A stretch of DNA of 63,787 nt, the filler included, from Octopus bimaculoides (Eukaryota): assembly GCF_001194135.2 (NCBI RefSeq). It is 7 parts of 7 records of this genome, joined end to end, with 100 filler letters (N's around TTAATTAATTAA, not from the genome) between each part and the next. Parts side by side here need not be neighbours in the genome. Positions count along the whole stretch, not along the records: positions 59,214 to 61,901 come from NC_069006.1; positions 62,002 to 63,787 come from NW_026392798.1; 5 more parts are not named here. The stretch is one strand, 5' to 3'. How positions within the stretch are numbered: the stretch's first letter is position 1; each line of letters begins with the position of its first letter. The notes below the pieces were generated by a model that was not told the origin of the DNA, made no database searches, and saw nothing but the letters and a program-made list of their open reading frames with translations. Below, one piece after another: positions 61,760-63,787 of the stretch. Both the position numbers and the translations under genes were made by a program.

Positions 61760-61797
61760 TCTTTCTGCAGAAGAGCGTAGGCTCAAAACGTCAAAGA
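61760..61797 (+). ncRNA. Minimal hammerhead-like motif, mutated, in a ~160-bp element flanked by (TA)n
   Basis: TCTTT-CTGCAGA-A-GAGC-GTAG-GCTC-AAAA-CG-TC^AAAGA. Stems I and II are perfect; core positions A6 and G12 are altered. Homologous to 29228-29265. Confidence 0.55.
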
Positions 61798-61945
61798 CTT
61801 TCTCACTTCCCGTGCGTTAAACTAATACATCCATTTGTTGTTTACACCACCTGTCTTTGTCTGTTGTTGTTTTTTTCGTAAATTCTCCCATATATATATA
61901 TNNNNNNNNNNNNNNNNNNNNNNNNNNNNNNNNNNNNNNNNNNNN

Positions 61946-61957
61946 TTAATTAATTAA
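61946..61957. other. Artificial assembly spacer TTAATTAATTAA
   Basis: 44 N on each side. Confidence 0.95.
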
Positions 61958-62140
61958 NNNNNNNNNNNNNNNNNNNNNNNNNNNNNNNNNNNNNNNNNNN
62001 NCCTCTTCTTTGTAAGCCTAGTACTTATTATTCTATCGGTTTCTTTTGCCGAATTGCTAGGCTACGCGGACGTAAACACACCAACATCGGTTGCCAAGCG
62101 ATGGTGGGGAGACAAGCACAGACACACAAAGAAATACATA

Positions 62141-63414
62141 TATTGGGTCATCCCATAAATAAAGCGGGTTTTTTTCAATTGCGTGAGGGGGACGGGATAA
62201 ACTACCTGCATCAACTTGCTATAAAAGAAGGTAGTAATTTTACCTTGTCCTTATTCTTAGTGCAAGTGTTGAAGAGTGCATTTCGATTTTAACAGTTATT
62301 TTTTTCAAAGATAGAATAGAAGTGACAAAGAAGTATATTCGGCATATTTTGCTTTTATGAGTTCAATAAAGGCAACAGCACAAAGGAAACTACAAGGAAT
62401 ATTAATGCAGTATACGGAGATCGGACAATAAGCGTAAGCCAGTGTCAACACCTGTTCTAGAAATTCCGAGCCAGAAACTACAGCCTGGAAGACAAGCCTC
62501 GTCCTGGAATATCTGCAGAGCTCGATAAGGAAGTCCTGCAAACCCAGGGGGGAACAAAATCCCATCGTAGCTGTTGAGGGACTTGAAGAGAAGCTTGGAT
62601 TTCGTCATTCAACCATTCGTCGACACCTGCGTGCCATCGGAAAAGTCAGTAAATTGGGTCGATGGGTTCCTCACAAACTTTCCGAGTCTAATCGAGCGCA
62701 GAGAGTGAATGTTTGCTCTTCTTTGCTGTCACGTATCACGGATGAACCTGTTTTGGACCGAATAGTGACTGGTCACGAGAAATGGGTTCTCTATAAAAAT
62801 GTTCAGCGCTGAAGACTGTGGGTAGGGAAAAAAGAAACACCAGTACCCCAGGCTAATGAAGGTCTTCACCAGCGTAAAATGTTGTTATCTGTTTGGTGAG
62901 AAAATAAAGGTTTAGTCTACTTTAAACTTTTTAAATCCAAACCAAATGATAATGAAGAAGATCTATTGCGAGCAGCTTGAGCGGCTCAAGTCAGCACTAG
63001 AAGAAAAATGACCATCTTTGGTTTCAAGTCGAAAGATGTTCTTCCATCAGGATAATGCTCGGCAACATACTGCGAGGATGACATTCCAAAGGCTGAAGAA
63101 GTTTGAATGGGAAACGATACCCCCCACCCACCCACCATCTTCGCCGGACATTGTCCAATCTGATTATCATTTATTCCGCAAAATGATTTGGATGGAAAAA
63201 ATATGAATTGTGTAGATGAGGTCAGAACAGTACTGGAGGAGTATTTTTCGTGATGGACAAGTGACTTTCGGAAGAGGGGCCTTGCAAGTCTACCAGGTAG
63301 AGGGAAGAGCATTTCAGAAAATGAAGGAGAGTATATTTTAAACTTTGTTTATCTTAATTTTGGAAAATAAAAGAAGTATAAAAAAAACCACATTATTCAT
63401 GGGGTGGCCCAATA
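62141..63414 (+). mobile_element. Full-length decayed mariner (cecropia/Hsmar1-like) inserted in the TA tract of a SINE A
   Basis: TIRs TTGGGTCATCCCATAAATAAAGCGGG and CCACATTATTCATGGGGTGGCCCAA with TA flanks. Motifs WVPHKLS, TGHEKW, HQDNARQH and SPDIVQSDYHLF. SINE halves lie at 62003-62140 and 63415-63505. Confidence 0.93.
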
Positions 63415-63579
63415 TATATATACGACGGGCTTCCACCAGTTTCCGTCTACCAAATCCACTCACAAGGCGTTGGTGTGCCCAAGGCTATAGCAGAAGATAC
63501 TTGCCCCAGCATGGCCGCAGTCTAATGACTAAAACAAGTAAAACAAGAAAAACGAAAAAATTACCAAAAATACAACCAT

Positions 63580-63646
63580 GGGACTTTTGTCCGAAGGGAA
63601 TTTGTCCGTGGGTATTTTGTCCTAGGGGGCTTTTGGTCGGATCCCC
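63580..63646. repeat. Four spaced GGG..TTTGTCC-like motifs ending in GGATCCCC
   Basis: GGGACTTTTGTCC, GGGAATTTGTCC, GGGTATTTTGTCC, GGGGCTTTTGGTC. Confidence 0.6.
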
Positions 63647-63787
63647 ACTTACACACACAACAAAAACAAAAACCCTACAAAATTCGCACATATATATGAG
63701 GGAGTGTACATGAATTAGGCGGGTGAATGTGTGTGTGTGCATACATACGTGTGTGATAAGGCTGGACCCTCGTGAATTATTGGTACA

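Noticed and set aside
1-63787. Bacterial, phage or viral insert, operon, or defence system
   Set aside because: No gene-dense segment or intact long ORF; every recognisable coding remnant belongs to a eukaryotic transposon family.

Overview
Repeat-dominated eukaryotic non-coding DNA: AT-rich, dense in microsatellites, with roughly 8.5-9 kb of N. The SINE and microsatellite make-up suggests an octopus/cephalopod draft assembly (inference). Six 100-bp blocks of 44N-TTAATTAATTAA-44N are artificial joins, so the window is seven stitched segments. I see no intact protein-coding gene, rRNA, true tRNA or CRISPR array; nearly all long ORFs in the track are microsatellite or N-run artefacts. Recognisable content: about five tRNA-type SINE families (labelled A-E here); decayed Tc1/mariner transposons, two of them near full length with both TIRs, plus MITEs; and non-LTR retrotransposon relics (R4/Dong-like, Tx1/L1-like, CR1/L2-like, CRE-like). 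The most interesting signals are: (1) six minimal type-I hammerhead-ribozyme-like motifs typical of Penelope-like element termini, with one compensatory base change between two copies; (2) several R4/Dong lineages whose visible 3' ends all abut (TAA)n, stacked in tandem with a non-coding passenger element at the same target; (3) long fold-back inverted repeats; (4) a few weak candidate host exons. I cannot show a clearly new biological system; the findings are leads to test. SINE and relic boundaries are approximate (about +/-10-20 bp).
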